Below, in pieces: positions 17,057 to 28,078 of a stretch of DNA of 39,522 bases; positions within the stretch are counted from its first letter, which is position 1; each line of letters starts with the position of its first letter. The notes below the pieces were generated by a model. The model was given only the letters and a program-made list of their open reading frames with translations, made no database searches and was not told where the DNA came from. This stretch comes from an uncultured Enterobacteriaceae bacterium (GTDB taxonomy: Bacteria; Pseudomonadota; Gammaproteobacteria; Burkholderiales; SG8-39): assembly GCA_964583645.1 (NCBI GenBank), contig CAZOWR010000002.1, positions 1 to 39,522 of the forward strand, in the 5' to 3' direction. A program made the position numbers and the translations under genes.

Positions 17057-18860
17057 GCTTCTGCCCCAGCCGCAGCATGGCATAGCTCCCCGGCGCATCC
17101 TCGAGCGCGGGCAGGCCCTCGCCCGGGGTGCGGGCCGGCAGCTTCTCGCCGCGGTTCTGCGCCTCGATCCACGCCTGCCAGTCCTCCCACCACGATCCCG
17201 GGTGCTGCGTCGCGCTCGCGAGCCACTCCTCGGCGGTGGCCGGATTCGCCCCGTTCGTCCAGTAGCAGTACTTCTTCGCCGCGGGCGGGTTGACGATGCC
17301 GGCGATGTGGCCCGAGCCGCCGAGCACGAAGCGCACGGGCCCCGCGAGGCACTTCGAGCCCTTGTAGGTCGTCTTCCACGGCGCGATGTGGTCCTCGGCC
17401 GTGGAGATGAAGTACGCGGGCAGCGTCACCTTTGCGAGGTCGATCGGCTCGCCGGCGAGCGAGATGCCGCCGGGCACGCCGAGGAGGTTGTTGATGTACA
17501 TGTTGCGCAGGTAGAAGCTGTGCATGCGCGCCGGCATGCGCGTCGAATCCGAGTTCCAGTACAGCAGGTCGAACGGGAACGGGTCGCGCCCGAGAAGGTA
17601 ATTGTTGATGACGAAGGACCACACCAGGTCGTTGGCGCGCAGCAGGTTGAATGTAGAGGCCATCTCCGAGCCCTCGAGGTAGCCGCGCTGGTTCATCCTC
17701 TTCTCGAGGTTCTCGACCTGCGCCTCGTCGATGAACACGCCGAGCTCCCCCGGCACCGAGAAGTCGAGCAGGCTGACGAAAAAGGTGGCGCAGTTGACGC
17801 GCTCCTCGCCCTTCGCCGCGAGCCAGGCGAGCGTCGCCCCGAGCAGCGTCCCCCCCAGGCAGTAGCCGATGAAGTTGACCTTGCGCTCGCCGGTCGCGCG
17901 CTCGACGGCCTCGAGCGCCGCGAGCGGGCCCTCGAGCATGTAGTCCTCGAACCCCTTCTGCGCGAGGCGCGCGTCCGGGTTCACCCAGGAAACCACGAAT
18001 ACGGTGTGGCCGTGGTCCACCGCGTACTTGATGAATGAGTTGCTCGGGCGCAGATCGAGGATGTAGTACTTGTTGATCCAGGGCGGGATGATGACGAGCG
18101 GGATCCGGTAAACCTCGGCCGTCCTCGGCTGGTACTGGATGAGCTGCATCAGCTCGGTCTGGAACACCACCTTGCCCGGCGTGGCGGCGACGTTGCGCCC
18201 GAGCTGGAAGGCGCTCTCGTCGGTCATGCTGATGCGCAGCTGCCCCTCGCCCTTCTCGAGATCGGCCAGCAGGTTGGCGAGGCCCTTGAGCAGGTTCTGG
18301 CCGCCGCTGGCGAGCGTCTCGCGCATCACCTGGGGATTGGTGAGCGCGAAGTTCGAGGGCGCGAGCGCATCCACGTACTGCCGGGTGAAGAAGGCGACCT
18401 TCTTCTGCGACTCCTCGGGCAGGCCGCCGACCTGCGCGACTGCGTGCTGCAGGTGGCGCGCGGCGATGAGGTAGGACTGCTTGAGGTAGTCGTGCAGGAA
18501 GCTCGAGCTCCAGTCCTCGTCCTTGAAGCGCGAGTCGCCCTTGGCCGGCTCGGCGACCGGGCCGGCAGGAAGCCCGAGGAGCTTCATCCAGCTCGACTGC
18601 CACAGCCGCAGGTAATCGAACGCGAGGTTGGTGGAGAGCGCGGCCAGCTGCGACGGGTTCGAGAGCATGCGCGCGTACAGGTCCATGTAGGCGCGCGCGA
18701 TGCCGAGCTCGTCGCTTACCGCCGCGGCGACGCCGTCGGCGACGTGCCGGTGCGAGAAGTCCCGCAGCAGCTTGCCCGAGCGTGCTGCGACCTCGTGCAG
18801 CACGCGCGCCACCTCCTCGGGATTCGGGCTGGCGTGCGGGGTTGGGGCGTCGGCTGACAT
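17046..18860 (-). CDS. phaC: Class I poly(R)-hydroxyalkanoic acid synthase
   Basis: Start MSADAPTPHASPNPEEV lies inside the 856-aa read-through ORF (604 aa). It has the lipase box GYCLGG, PPWINKYYILDL and NSDSTRMP. Confidence 0.9.
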   Translation of the reverse strand: MSADAPTPHASPNPEEVARVLHEVAARSGKLLRDFSHRHVADGVAAAVSDELGIARAYMDLYARMLSNPSQLAALSTNLAFDYLRLWQSSWMKLLGLPAGPVAEPAKGDSRFKDEDWSSSFLHDYLKQSYLIAARHLQHAVAQVGGLPEESQKKVAFFTRQYVDALAPSNFALTNPQVMRETLASGGQNLLKGLANLLADLEKGEGQLRISMTDESAFQLGRNVAATPGKVVFQTELMQLIQYQPRTAEVYRIPLVIIPPWINKYYILDLRPSNSFIKYAVDHGHTVFVVSWVNPDARLAQKGFEDYMLEGPLAALEAVERATGERKVNFIGYCLGGTLLGATLAWLAAKGEERVNCATFFVSLLDFSVPGELGVFIDEAQVENLEKRMNQRGYLEGSEMASTFNLLRANDLVWSFVINNYLLGRDPFPFDLLYWNSDSTRMPARMHSFYLRNMYINNLLGVPGGISLAGEPIDLAKVTLPAYFISTAEDHIAPWKTTYKGSKCLAGPVRFVLGGSGHIAGIVNPPAAKKYCYWTNGANPATAEEWLASATQHPGSWWEDWQAWIEAQNRGEKLPARTPGEGLPALEDAPGSYAMLRLGQKPTS

Positions 18861-18874
18861 CGCTGCTCCCGGGT

Positions 18875-19903
18875 TCAGGCGCTTGCGAAGCGCGCCACGC
18901 CGTCCCCGCCCACGGCGCGTGCGAGGCGCCCGTCGTAGTACAGGCAGTGCAGGTGCGCGATCGCCTCGCCCATGGCGAAGAAGATCTGGTTGGTGTCGAG
19001 CTTGCGCTTGAAGAGCACTTCCAGCACGTCTGCGGCCGAGCGCGGAGCGCCGGCGCAGGCCGCGCGCAGCTCCTCGAGCCGCGCGGCGTGGTGCGCCTCG
19101 AGCGAGGCGATGCGCGCGTGCGCGCCGCGGAAGGGCAGCCCGTGCGAGGGCAGCACCAGCACGTCCTCGGGCAGCTCGCGGTAGCGCGCGATCGAGTCGA
19201 GGAACGCGCGCAGCGGATTGGAGCCCGGGTCGACCGGCCGCACCGCCACGTTGGTCGAGATGCGCGGCAGCAGCATGTCGCCCGCGACCAGCACGTTGAG
19301 CGCCTCGCAGTAGAGCGAGGCGTGCTCCGGGGCGTGCCCGTAGCCGACCATCACCCGCCACTCGCGGCCGCCGATCGCGACGCGCTCGCCCTCGAGCAGG
19401 CGCCGGTGCGCCTGCGGGAAGTCGGGCACGAAACTGCGGTACAGCCCGCCGCGCGCGAGCAGCGCCCGGCCGCTCGCCTCGTCCAGGCCGTGGCTGCGAA
19501 ACAGGGCCACCTGCGCCTCGGTCGAGTAGCCCGCGGTGCCGCTGCGCGCGGCGTGCACCGTGAGGTACTCGGCGCGCGTCATCCAGAGCTCCGCATCGCG
19601 GCCCGAGCACAGCCACGCCGCGTTGCCCGCGTGGTCGGGGTGGTAGTGGGTCACGATGACGCGGCGCAGCGGTCCGGGGCCGGCCGCGAGCAGCTGCTCG
19701 AGACGAGCGCGGGTGGCGTCGTTCGCCAGGCCCGTGTCGATCAGGACGCTCGCCTCGCCGTCCTCGAGCAGCCAGAGATTGATGTGGTCGAGATCGAAGG
19801 GCAGCGGCATGCGCGCCCAGCGCACCCCCGGCGCCACCTCTACGGCGGTGCCGGGCGCGGGAGGCTCGGCGAAGGGGTAGGCGATCGGGGCGGTCTCGGC
19901 CAT
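18875..19903 (-). CDS. MBL-fold metallo-hydrolase
   Basis: Start MAETAPIAYPF gives a 342-aa product. It carries the metal-binding motif THYHPDHAGN. It ends 14 nt upstream of phaC on the same strand. Confidence 0.8.
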   Translation of the reverse strand: MAETAPIAYPFAEPPAPGTAVEVAPGVRWARMPLPFDLDHINLWLLEDGEASVLIDTGLANDATRARLEQLLAAGPGPLRRVIVTHYHPDHAGNAAWLCSGRDAELWMTRAEYLTVHAARSGTAGYSTEAQVALFRSHGLDEASGRALLARGGLYRSFVPDFPQAHRRLLEGERVAIGGREWRVMVGYGHAPEHASLYCEALNVLVAGDMLLPRISTNVAVRPVDPGSNPLRAFLDSIARYRELPEDVLVLPSHGLPFRGAHARIASLEAHHAARLEELRAACAGAPRSAADVLEVLFKRKLDTNQIFFAMGEAIAHLHCLYYDGRLARAVGGDGVARFASA

Positions 19904-19981
19904 CGGCGGGGCGGTGCTCGGGCTAGAATCGGCCCAGGCGGCGCGCATTATCGCCGCAGTGCAGCATCCGCGGCAACCCGC

Positions 19982-20386
19982 ATGAGCGACCAGCCTTCCA
20001 CCCCCGAGCGCGGCGAATACTCGATCGGCGACCTGGCGCGCGAGTTCGACGTCACGCCGCGCGCCATCCGCTTCTACGAAGCCGAGGGGCTGCTCGCGCC
20101 GCGGCGCGCGGGCCAGCGGCGCATCTACTCGCTGCGCGACCGCACGCGCCTGAAGCTCACCCTGCGCGGCAAGCGGCTGGGGCTCGCGCTCTCGGAGATC
20201 CGCGAGCTGATCGACATGTACGAGCCGGGGCGCGACGCGCGGCCGCAGCTGGAGCGCTTCCTCGCCCTCCTGCACAGCCACCGCACGGCGCTCGAGCAGC
20301 AGCGCTCCGACCTCGAGGCGCAGCTCTCGGAGATCACCGCCTTCGAGAAGCGGGTGCGCAAGCAGCTCGCGGGGCGGCGGAGTTGA
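19982..20386 (+). CDS. liuR: MerR-family transcriptional regulator, LiuR-type (leucine/isovalerate utilisation)
   Basis: Start MSDQPSTPERGEYSIGDLAREFDVTPRAIRFYEAEGLL carries a MerR HTH domain (134 aa). It lies directly upstream of the ivd/liu operon. Confidence 0.8.
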   Translation: MSDQPSTPERGEYSIGDLAREFDVTPRAIRFYEAEGLLAPRRAGQRRIYSLRDRTRLKLTLRGKRLGLALSEIRELIDMYEPGRDARPQLERFLALLHSHRTALEQQRSDLEAQLSEITAFEKRVRKQLAGRRS

Positions 20387-20411
20387 CGTTTACGTCAACG
20401 TAAAGTAGGCT
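20383..20411 (+). promoter_or_regulatory. Candidate LiuR operator overlapping the liu-operon promoter
   Basis: The sequence is TTGACGTTTACGTCAACGTAAA. It holds two overlapping perfect-arm palindromes: TTGACGT-TT-ACGTCAA (20383-98) and TTTACGT-CA-ACGTAAA (20389-404). Three ACGT cores are spaced 6 bp apart. TTGACG could serve as a -35, with TAGGCT (20406-11) 17 bp downstream as a -10. Confidence 0.6.
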
Positions 20412-20423
20412 CGCCGATCGCCC

Positions 20424-21575
20424 ATGGAGCTCCCGGCCCTCAGATTCGAACATGGCGAGACGATCGAGATGCTGCGCGCCTCGGTGCGCGATTTCGCGGC
20501 CAAGGAGATCGCACCGCGCGCCGACAGTATCGACCGCGCCAACGAGTTCCCGGCGGACCTGTGGCGCAAGCTCGGCGCGCTGGGGCTCCTCGGCATCACC
20601 GTGGAGGAGGAGTACGGCGGCAGCAGCCTCGGCTACCTCGCGCACATCGTCGCGGTGGAGGAGATCAGCCGCGCCTCGGGCGCGGTCGGCCTGTCCTACG
20701 GCGCGCACTCGAATCTCTGCGTCAACCAGATCCGCAGGAACGGCTCGGAGGAGCAGAAGCGGAGGTACCTGCCGAAGCTCGTTTCCGGCGAGCACGTCGG
20801 CGCGCTGGCGATGTCCGAGCCGGGCGCGGGTTCCGACGTCATCGGCATGCGCCTGCGCGCGGAGCGCCGGGGAGAGCGCTATCTGCTCAACGGCAACAAG
20901 ATGTGGATCACCAATGGCCCGGATGCCGACGTGCTCGTCATCTACGCCAAGACCAGCGACCAGGGGATCACCGCGTTTCTCGTCGAGAAGGGCATGCGGG
21001 GCTTCTCCACCGCGCAGAAGCTCGACAAGCTCGGCATGCGCGGCTCGAACACCTGCGAGCTGGTGTTCCGCGACTGCGAGGTGCCCGCGGCGAACGTGCT
21101 CGGCGCGGAAGGCAAGGGTGTGAAGGTGCTGATGAGCGGCCTCGACTACGAGCGCGCGGTGCTCGCCGGCGGGCCGCTGGGCCTGATGGCCGCGTGCCTG
21201 GACGTGGTGCTGCCCTACGTGCACCAGCGCAAGCAGTTCGGCCAGCCGATCGGCGAGTTCCAGCTCATGCAGGGCAAGCTCGCCGACATGTACACCACGT
21301 TCTCGGCCTGCCGCGCCTACGTCTACGCCGTGGGCCAGGCGCTCGATCGCGGCGAAACCACGCGCAAGGACGCGGCGGGCGCGATCCTCTACGCGGCGGA
21401 GAAGGCGACCTGGATGGCGGGCGAGGCGATCCAGGCGCTCGGCGGCATGGGCTACATCAACGAGACGCCCACCGGGCGCCTGTGGCGCGACGCCAAGCTC
21501 TACGAGATCGGCGCCGGCACCTCCGAGATCCGGCGCTGGCTGATCGGGCGCGAGCTGTTCGCGGAGACGGCGTGA
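20424..21575 (+). CDS. liuA: Isovaleryl-CoA dehydrogenase
   Basis: 383-aa ACAD. ...[52 protein letters not shown]... is typical of IVD. It is the first gene after liuR. Confidence 0.88.
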   Translation: MELPALRFEHGETIEMLRASVRDFAAKEIAPRADSIDRANEFPADLWRKLGALGLLGITVEEEYGGSSLGYLAHIVAVEEISRASGAVGLSYGAHSNLCVNQIRRNGSEEQKRRYLPKLVSGEHVGALAMSEPGAGSDVIGMRLRAERRGERYLLNGNKMWITNGPDADVLVIYAKTSDQGITAFLVEKGMRGFSTAQKLDKLGMRGSNTCELVFRDCEVPAANVLGAEGKGVKVLMSGLDYERAVLAGGPLGLMAACLDVVLPYVHQRKQFGQPIGEFQLMQGKLADMYTTFSACRAYVYAVGQALDRGETTRKDAAGAILYAAEKATWMAGEAIQALGGMGYINETPTGRLWRDAKLYEIGAGTSEIRRWLIGRELFAETA

Positions 21576-22666
21576 CGGCGATCCGCACCGGGTTCAGCGC
21601 CGCGCTCGGGCTACGCCTGCCGCTGGTGCAGGCGCCGATGGCCGGCGGTCCCAGCTCGCGGGAGCTGGTTGCCGCGTGCAGCGCCGCCGGGGCGCTCGGC
21701 TCCTTCGGCCACGCCTACACCCAGCCGGAGGACATGAAGCAGCAGGCGGCGTTCGTGCGCGCGCGCACCGACCGGCCTTTCCACATCAACCTCTTCGTCT
21801 CGCCGCTGCCCGCGCCGGTCGATGCGGTGCACCAGAGCGCCGCGCTCGCCGCGCTCGCGCCCTGGTACGCGGAGATGAGGCTTGCCGCGCCCGAGGCCGC
21901 CAGGCCGCCCTACGCGCCGGAGCTGGAAGCGCAGCTCGCCGCGGTGGAGGAGATCGCGCCGCGCGTGTTCACCTCGCATCTCGGCTCGCTGCCCGCGGAG
22001 CGCGTGGAGGCGCTGAAAGGCCGCGGCATCCTCGTCGGCGGCAGCGCGACCTGCGTCGAGGAGGCGCGTGAGCTCGAGTCCCTCGGCTACGACTTCGTCA
22101 TCGCGCAAGGGGGCGAAGCAGGCGGCCACCGCGGCACTTGGCGGCGCGACCCCGCGGAAGCGCTCACCGGGTCGCTGGCGCTTACGCGCCTCGTGGCGCG
22201 GGCGGTGCGCCTCCCGGTGGTGACTGCAGGCGGCATCATGGACGGCGCCGGCATCGCCGCTGCGCTCGCGCTCGGCGCGCAGGCCGCGCAGCTCGGTACC
22301 GCGTTCATTCCCTGCCCGGAGAGCGGCGCGCCGGAGGTGCACAAGCGCGCGATCCTGGAGGCGCGCGAGGACGACACGCGCATCACCGACCGGTTCTCGG
22401 GCAAGGCGGCGCGCGGCATCGCCAACCGCTTCCTGCGCGAGGCGGAGGCGAAGCACCTCCCCAGAATCGCCTTCCCGGCGCAGAATCGGCTCACTGCGCC
22501 GCTGCGGCAGGCCTCCGCCAGGGCGGGCAGGCCCGACTTCTACGCCCTGTGGGCGGGGCAGGCCGTGCCCCTCGCCCGCGCCCTGCCCGCCGCCGAGCTG
22601 GTTGCGCGGCTCGAAGCCGAAACCGTGGAGGCGCTGCGCGCAGCCGCCTCGCTGCTGAAGGAGTAA
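21572..22666 (+). CDS. Nitronate monooxygenase (NMO/2-nitropropane dioxygenase, FabK-like) family protein
   Basis: A GTG start forms a GTGA overlap with the ivd stop. The 364-aa product contains [21 protein letters not shown] and [10 protein letters not shown]. Confidence 0.8.
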   Translation: MTAIRTGFSAALGLRLPLVQAPMAGGPSSRELVAACSAAGALGSFGHAYTQPEDMKQQAAFVRARTDRPFHINLFVSPLPAPVDAVHQSAALAALAPWYAEMRLAAPEAARPPYAPELEAQLAAVEEIAPRVFTSHLGSLPAERVEALKGRGILVGGSATCVEEARELESLGYDFVIAQGGEAGGHRGTWRRDPAEALTGSLALTRLVARAVRLPVVTAGGIMDGAGIAAALALGAQAAQLGTAFIPCPESGAPEVHKRAILEAREDDTRITDRFSGKAARGIANRFLREAEAKHLPRIAFPAQNRLTAPLRQASARAGRPDFYALWAGQAVPLARALPAAELVARLEAETVEALRAAASLLKE

Positions 22667-22669
22667 GCC

Positions 22670-23854
22670 ATGCCGAACGACCCGGTGGTCATCGTCGCCT
22701 GTGCCCGCACCCCCATGGGCGGGTTCCAGGGCGAGCTCAAGGACTTCGCGGCGCCCCAGCTCGGCGCGGCGGCGATCCGCGCCGCGCTGGAGCGCGTGCG
22801 CCTGCAGCCCGAGGAGGTGGAGGAAGTGATCATGGGCTGCGTGCTGCCGGCGGGCCAGGGCCAGGCGCCCGCGCGCCAGGCTTCGCTCGGCGCAGGCCTG
22901 CCGCTCGCCGCCGGCTGCACCACCGTCAACAAGATGTGCGGCTCGGGCATGAAGGCCGCAATGCTCGCGCACGACGCGTTGCTCGCGGGCAGCGCCGGCG
23001 TCTTCGTCGCGGGCGGCATGGAGTCGATGACCAACGCCCCCTATCTCCTGCCCAAGGCACGCGCGGGGCTGCGCATGGGGCACGCGCAGGTGCTCGACCA
23101 CATGTTCTACGACGGGCTGGAGGATGCCTACGAGAAAGGCCGCCTCATGGGGACCTTCGCCGAGGACTGCGCGCAGCAGTACGCCTTCACGCGCGAGGCG
23201 CAGGACCGCTTAGCCATCACCTCCCTCGAACGCGCGCAGGTCGCGAACCGCGAGGGTCACTTCGCCTGGGAGATCACGCCGCTCGCGATCAAGGCCGGCA
23301 AGGAGGAGAAGTTCATGGAGATGGACGAGCAGCCGTTCAAGGCGAACCTCGCCAAGATCCCCACGCTCAGGCCCGCCTTCCGTAAGGACGGCACGGTGAC
23401 GGCGGCCAACTCGAGCTCCATTTCCGACGGCGCCGCGGCGCTCGTCATGCTGCGCCGCTCGCAGGCCGAGCGCCGAGGCCTCGCGCCGCTCGCCACCGTG
23501 CTCGGCCACGCCACCCACGCGCAGGCGCCGGGGCTGTTCACCACCGCGCCGGTGGGCGCGATCGCGAAGCTCCTCGCGCGCACCGGCTGGTCGGCGGGCC
23601 AGGTCGATCTCTACGAGATCAACGAGGCCTTCGCCGTGGTGGCGATGGCGGCGATGCGCGAGCACGGCCTGCCGCACGACAAGGTCAACGTGCACGGCGG
23701 CGCCTGCGCCCTCGGGCACCCGATCGGCGCCTCGGGGGCGCGCATCCTCGTCACGCTGATCGGTGCGCTGCGCCGGCTCGGCGGCAAGCGGGGCGTCGCG
23801 GCGCTGTGCATCGGCGGGGGCGAAGCGACCGCGATGGCGATCGAGGTGCCGTGA
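22670..23854 (+). CDS. Acetyl-CoA C-acyltransferase (thiolase)
   Basis: 394-aa ORF with the active-site Cys region VNKMCGSGMKA, NVHGGACALGHPIGASGARI and CIGGGEATAMAIE. Confidence 0.9.
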   Translation: MPNDPVVIVACARTPMGGFQGELKDFAAPQLGAAAIRAALERVRLQPEEVEEVIMGCVLPAGQGQAPARQASLGAGLPLAAGCTTVNKMCGSGMKAAMLAHDALLAGSAGVFVAGGMESMTNAPYLLPKARAGLRMGHAQVLDHMFYDGLEDAYEKGRLMGTFAEDCAQQYAFTREAQDRLAITSLERAQVANREGHFAWEITPLAIKAGKEEKFMEMDEQPFKANLAKIPTLRPAFRKDGTVTAANSSSISDGAAALVMLRRSQAERRGLAPLATVLGHATHAQAPGLFTTAPVGAIAKLLARTGWSAGQVDLYEINEAFAVVAMAAMREHGLPHDKVNVHGGACALGHPIGASGARILVTLIGALRRLGGKRGVAALCIGGGEATAMAIEVP

Positions 23855-24258
23855 CGCGGCGCGTGCGCAGGAGCGACCTGCAGCGGCTGCTCGATCGTTC
23901 CCGGTTCCTGCGACCCTGGGGCTTTCGCGTCGTCGCGCTCGGCGACGGCAGCTGCACGCTCGAGCTGCCGCACCGCAAGTCGCTCGAGCGCCCGGGGGGC
24001 ATCGTCAACGGCCCGGCGCTGATGGCGGCCGCCGACTGCGCCATGTGGCTCGCGATCAAGCAGCGCATCGGCCTGGAGCACGATGCGCTCACCTCGGTGC
24101 TGAACACCGCGTTCCTCGCCCCGGCGAACGGCGCTTCGGTGCTGTGCACGGCGCGGATCCTCAAGCAGGGCAAGCGCCGCATCTACGGCGTCGCCGAGTG
24201 CCACGACCGCAAGGGCTCGCTCTACAGCCACCACACGCTGACCTATGCGCGCATCTGA
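23851..24258 (+). CDS. PaaI-family (hotdog fold) thioesterase
   Basis: A GTG start forms a GTGA overlap with the thiolase stop (135 aa). GIVNGPALMAAADCAM is a hotdog-fold motif. Confidence 0.7.
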   Translation: MTRRVRRSDLQRLLDRSRFLRPWGFRVVALGDGSCTLELPHRKSLERPGGIVNGPALMAAADCAMWLAIKQRIGLEHDALTSVLNTAFLAPANGASVLCTARILKQGKRRIYGVAECHDRKGSLYSHHTLTYARI

Positions 24259-25393
24259 CCTGGCGAGCGCCGAGCAGCACGCGATGATCCGCGAGGCGGT
24301 GCGCAAGTTCTCGCAGGAACAGCTCGCCCCCAACGCCGCGCGCTGGGACCGCGACAAGCACTTCCCTCGCGAGGAGGTCGCCGCGCTCGCGGCCCTGGGC
24401 CTCGCCGGCGTGGCGATCCCCGAGGAGTGGGGCGGCGCGGGCCTGGACTACGGCGCGCTTGCCATCGCCTGCGAGGAGATCGCCGCGGGGGACGGCGCGA
24501 CCTGCACCATCGTCATGGTGACCAACCTCGTCGCCAACATCCTGCAGGGCTATGGCAACGCGGAGCAGAAAGAGCGGTTCCTCAAGCCCGTCGCGCAGGG
24601 GCGCGTGCTGGGCGCCTTCTGCCTCACCGAGCCGCACGCGGGGTCGGACGCCGCCGCGATCACCACACGGGCCGATCGCGAGGGCGGCGACTACGTCCTG
24701 AACGGCGTCAAGCAGTTCATCACCTCGGGGAAGACCGCCGGCCTCGCCGTGGTGTTCGCCGTCACCGACAAGGGGGCGGGAAAGAAGGGCATCAGCGCCT
24801 TCGTCGTCCCGGCTTCGACCCCGGGCTACGTCGTCGCGCGCATCGAGGAGAAGACAGGCCAGCGCGCCTCCGACACCGCCCAGATCGTGCTCGAGAACTG
24901 CCGGGTGCCGGCGGCGAACCGGCTCGCCGGGGAGGGCGCGGGATACCGCATCGCGCTCGCGAACCTCGAGTCCGGCCGCATCAACGTCGCCGCGCAGGCG
25001 ACCGGCATGGCGCGCGCCGCGCTCGAGGCGGCGCTCGCCTACGCCACCGAGCGAGAGAGCATGGGCAAGCGCCTGATCGAGCACCAGGCGGTCAATTTCC
25101 GGCTCGCCGACATGGCGACCTCGGTGGAGGCGGCGCGCCAGCTGTACCTGCACGCGGCGCGCCTGCGCGACGCCGGCGAGCCCTGCCTCAAGGAGGCCTC
25201 GATGGCGAAGCTGTTCGCCTCCGAGATGGCCGAGCGCGTCTGCTCGGACGCGATCCAGATCCACGGCGGCTACGGCTACGTCGCGGACTTTCCGGTGGAG
25301 CGCATCTGGCGCGACGTGCGCGTGTGCCAGATCTACGAGGGCGCGAGCGACATCCAGCGCCTGGTCATCGCCCGCGCGCTGGAGGGCTCGTGA
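24245..25393 (+). CDS. Acyl-CoA dehydrogenase (short/branched-chain type)
   Basis: 382-aa ORF containing CLTEPHAGSDAAAI, QFITSG and QIHGGYGYVADFPVERIWRDVRVCQIYEGASDIQR. It overlaps the thioesterase gene by 14 nt. Confidence 0.88.
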   Translation: MRASDLASAEQHAMIREAVRKFSQEQLAPNAARWDRDKHFPREEVAALAALGLAGVAIPEEWGGAGLDYGALAIACEEIAAGDGATCTIVMVTNLVANILQGYGNAEQKERFLKPVAQGRVLGAFCLTEPHAGSDAAAITTRADREGGDYVLNGVKQFITSGKTAGLAVVFAVTDKGAGKKGISAFVVPASTPGYVVARIEEKTGQRASDTAQIVLENCRVPAANRLAGEGAGYRIALANLESGRINVAAQATGMARAALEAALAYATERESMGKRLIEHQAVNFRLADMATSVEAARQLYLHAARLRDAGEPCLKEASMAKLFASEMAERVCSDAIQIHGGYGYVADFPVERIWRDVRVCQIYEGASDIQRLVIARALEGS

Positions 25394-25992
25394 AAGCGCC
25401 GCTCGAGTTCTACTTCGACTTCACTTCCCCCTATGGCTACCTCGCCTCGCGCAGGATCGAGGCACTCGCGGCGAAGCACGGCCGCTCGGTCAACTGGCGC
25501 CCGTACCTGCTCGGGGCCGCGTTCAAGCTCACGGGCGGCGCGCCGCCGATCGGCGTGCCGCTCAAGTCCGACTACGCGAAGCGCGACTTCGAGCGTTCGG
25601 CGCGCTTCCACGGCGTGCCCTACCGTGCCCCGAGCGTGTTCCCGGTCGCCACGGTCGCCGCCTGCCGCGCCTACTACTGGCTCGCGGACCAGGACCCGGC
25701 GCGGGCGGTCGCCCTCGCCAAGGCGCTCTACGAGGCTTACTTCGTCAACGACGTCAACATCTCGGACCCCGAGAACGTGATCCGCGCGGCCGTCGCCTGC
25801 GGCCGCGACGCGGGCGAGGTGCGCGCCGCGCTGAACGACCCGGCCGTGAAGGATCGCACGCGCGCGGCGGTGGATGCGGCGATCGCGGGAGGCGCCTTCG
25901 GCTCGCCGTGGGTGGTGGCCGACGGCGAGCCCTTCTGGGGCGTGGACCGGTTCGATCAGCTCGACCGCTGGCTCGAGCGCGGGGGGTTCTAG
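25390..25992 (+). CDS. 2-hydroxychromene-2-carboxylate isomerase family protein (DsbA-like / kappa-GST-like), paralog 1
   Basis: A GTG start forms a GTGA overlap with the ACAD stop (200 aa). It contains [13 protein letters not shown] and [24 protein letters not shown]. Confidence 0.75.
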   Translation: MKAPLEFYFDFTSPYGYLASRRIEALAAKHGRSVNWRPYLLGAAFKLTGGAPPIGVPLKSDYAKRDFERSARFHGVPYRAPSVFPVATVAACRAYYWLADQDPARAVALAKALYEAYFVNDVNISDPENVIRAAVACGRDAGEVRAALNDPAVKDRTRAAVDAAIAGGAFGSPWVVADGEPFWGVDRFDQLDRWLERGGF

Positions 25993-25999
25993 CCGTCCC

Positions 26000-27607
<1,608 letters not shown>

Positions 27608-27609
27608 CC

Positions 27610-28071
27610 ATGTCGGAGCACCGGGCCAGCATCGCATGGACACGCAGCGGGGAGTTCCGCTACGAGAGCTATTCGCGGTCGCACAGCGTCGATTTCGGCG
27701 GCGGCGTGGGCGTGCCGGGAAGTGCCGCGCCCGCCAACATTCCCCCGGGCACGTCGACCGCGCCAGGAATGGACCCCGAGCAGGCGCTGGTCGCTGCGCT
27801 CTCGGCCTGCCACATGCTGTGGTTCCTGCACCTCGCATGCAGCCGGAAATACGTCGTCGAGCGCTATCGCGACGACGCCATCGGGGTGCTCGGGAAGAAC
27901 GCCGCCGGGAAGGAGGCCATCGTGCGGGTCAGCCTGCGCCCCGAAGTGAGCTTTACCGGGACCGCGCCGACCCCCGAGCAGTTCCACCAGCTCCACGAGA
28001 AGGCCCACCAGCGCTGCTTCATCGCCAACACGGTGAGCTGCGACATCGTGCTCGAGCCGCGCATCGCCTGA
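27610..28071 (+). CDS. OsmC/Ohr family protein
   Basis: About 153 aa with the two family cysteines (LSACHMLWF and HQRCFIANTV). ATG 27610 is taken as the start; GTG 27604 is an alternative that overlaps the liuB stop. Confidence 0.7.
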   Translation: MSEHRASIAWTRSGEFRYESYSRSHSVDFGGGVGVPGSAAPANIPPGTSTAPGMDPEQALVAALSACHMLWFLHLACSRKYVVERYRDDAIGVLGKNAAGKEAIVRVSLRPEVSFTGTAPTPEQFHQLHEKAHQRCFIANTVSCDIVLEPRIA

Positions 28072-28078
28072 GGTCCGC

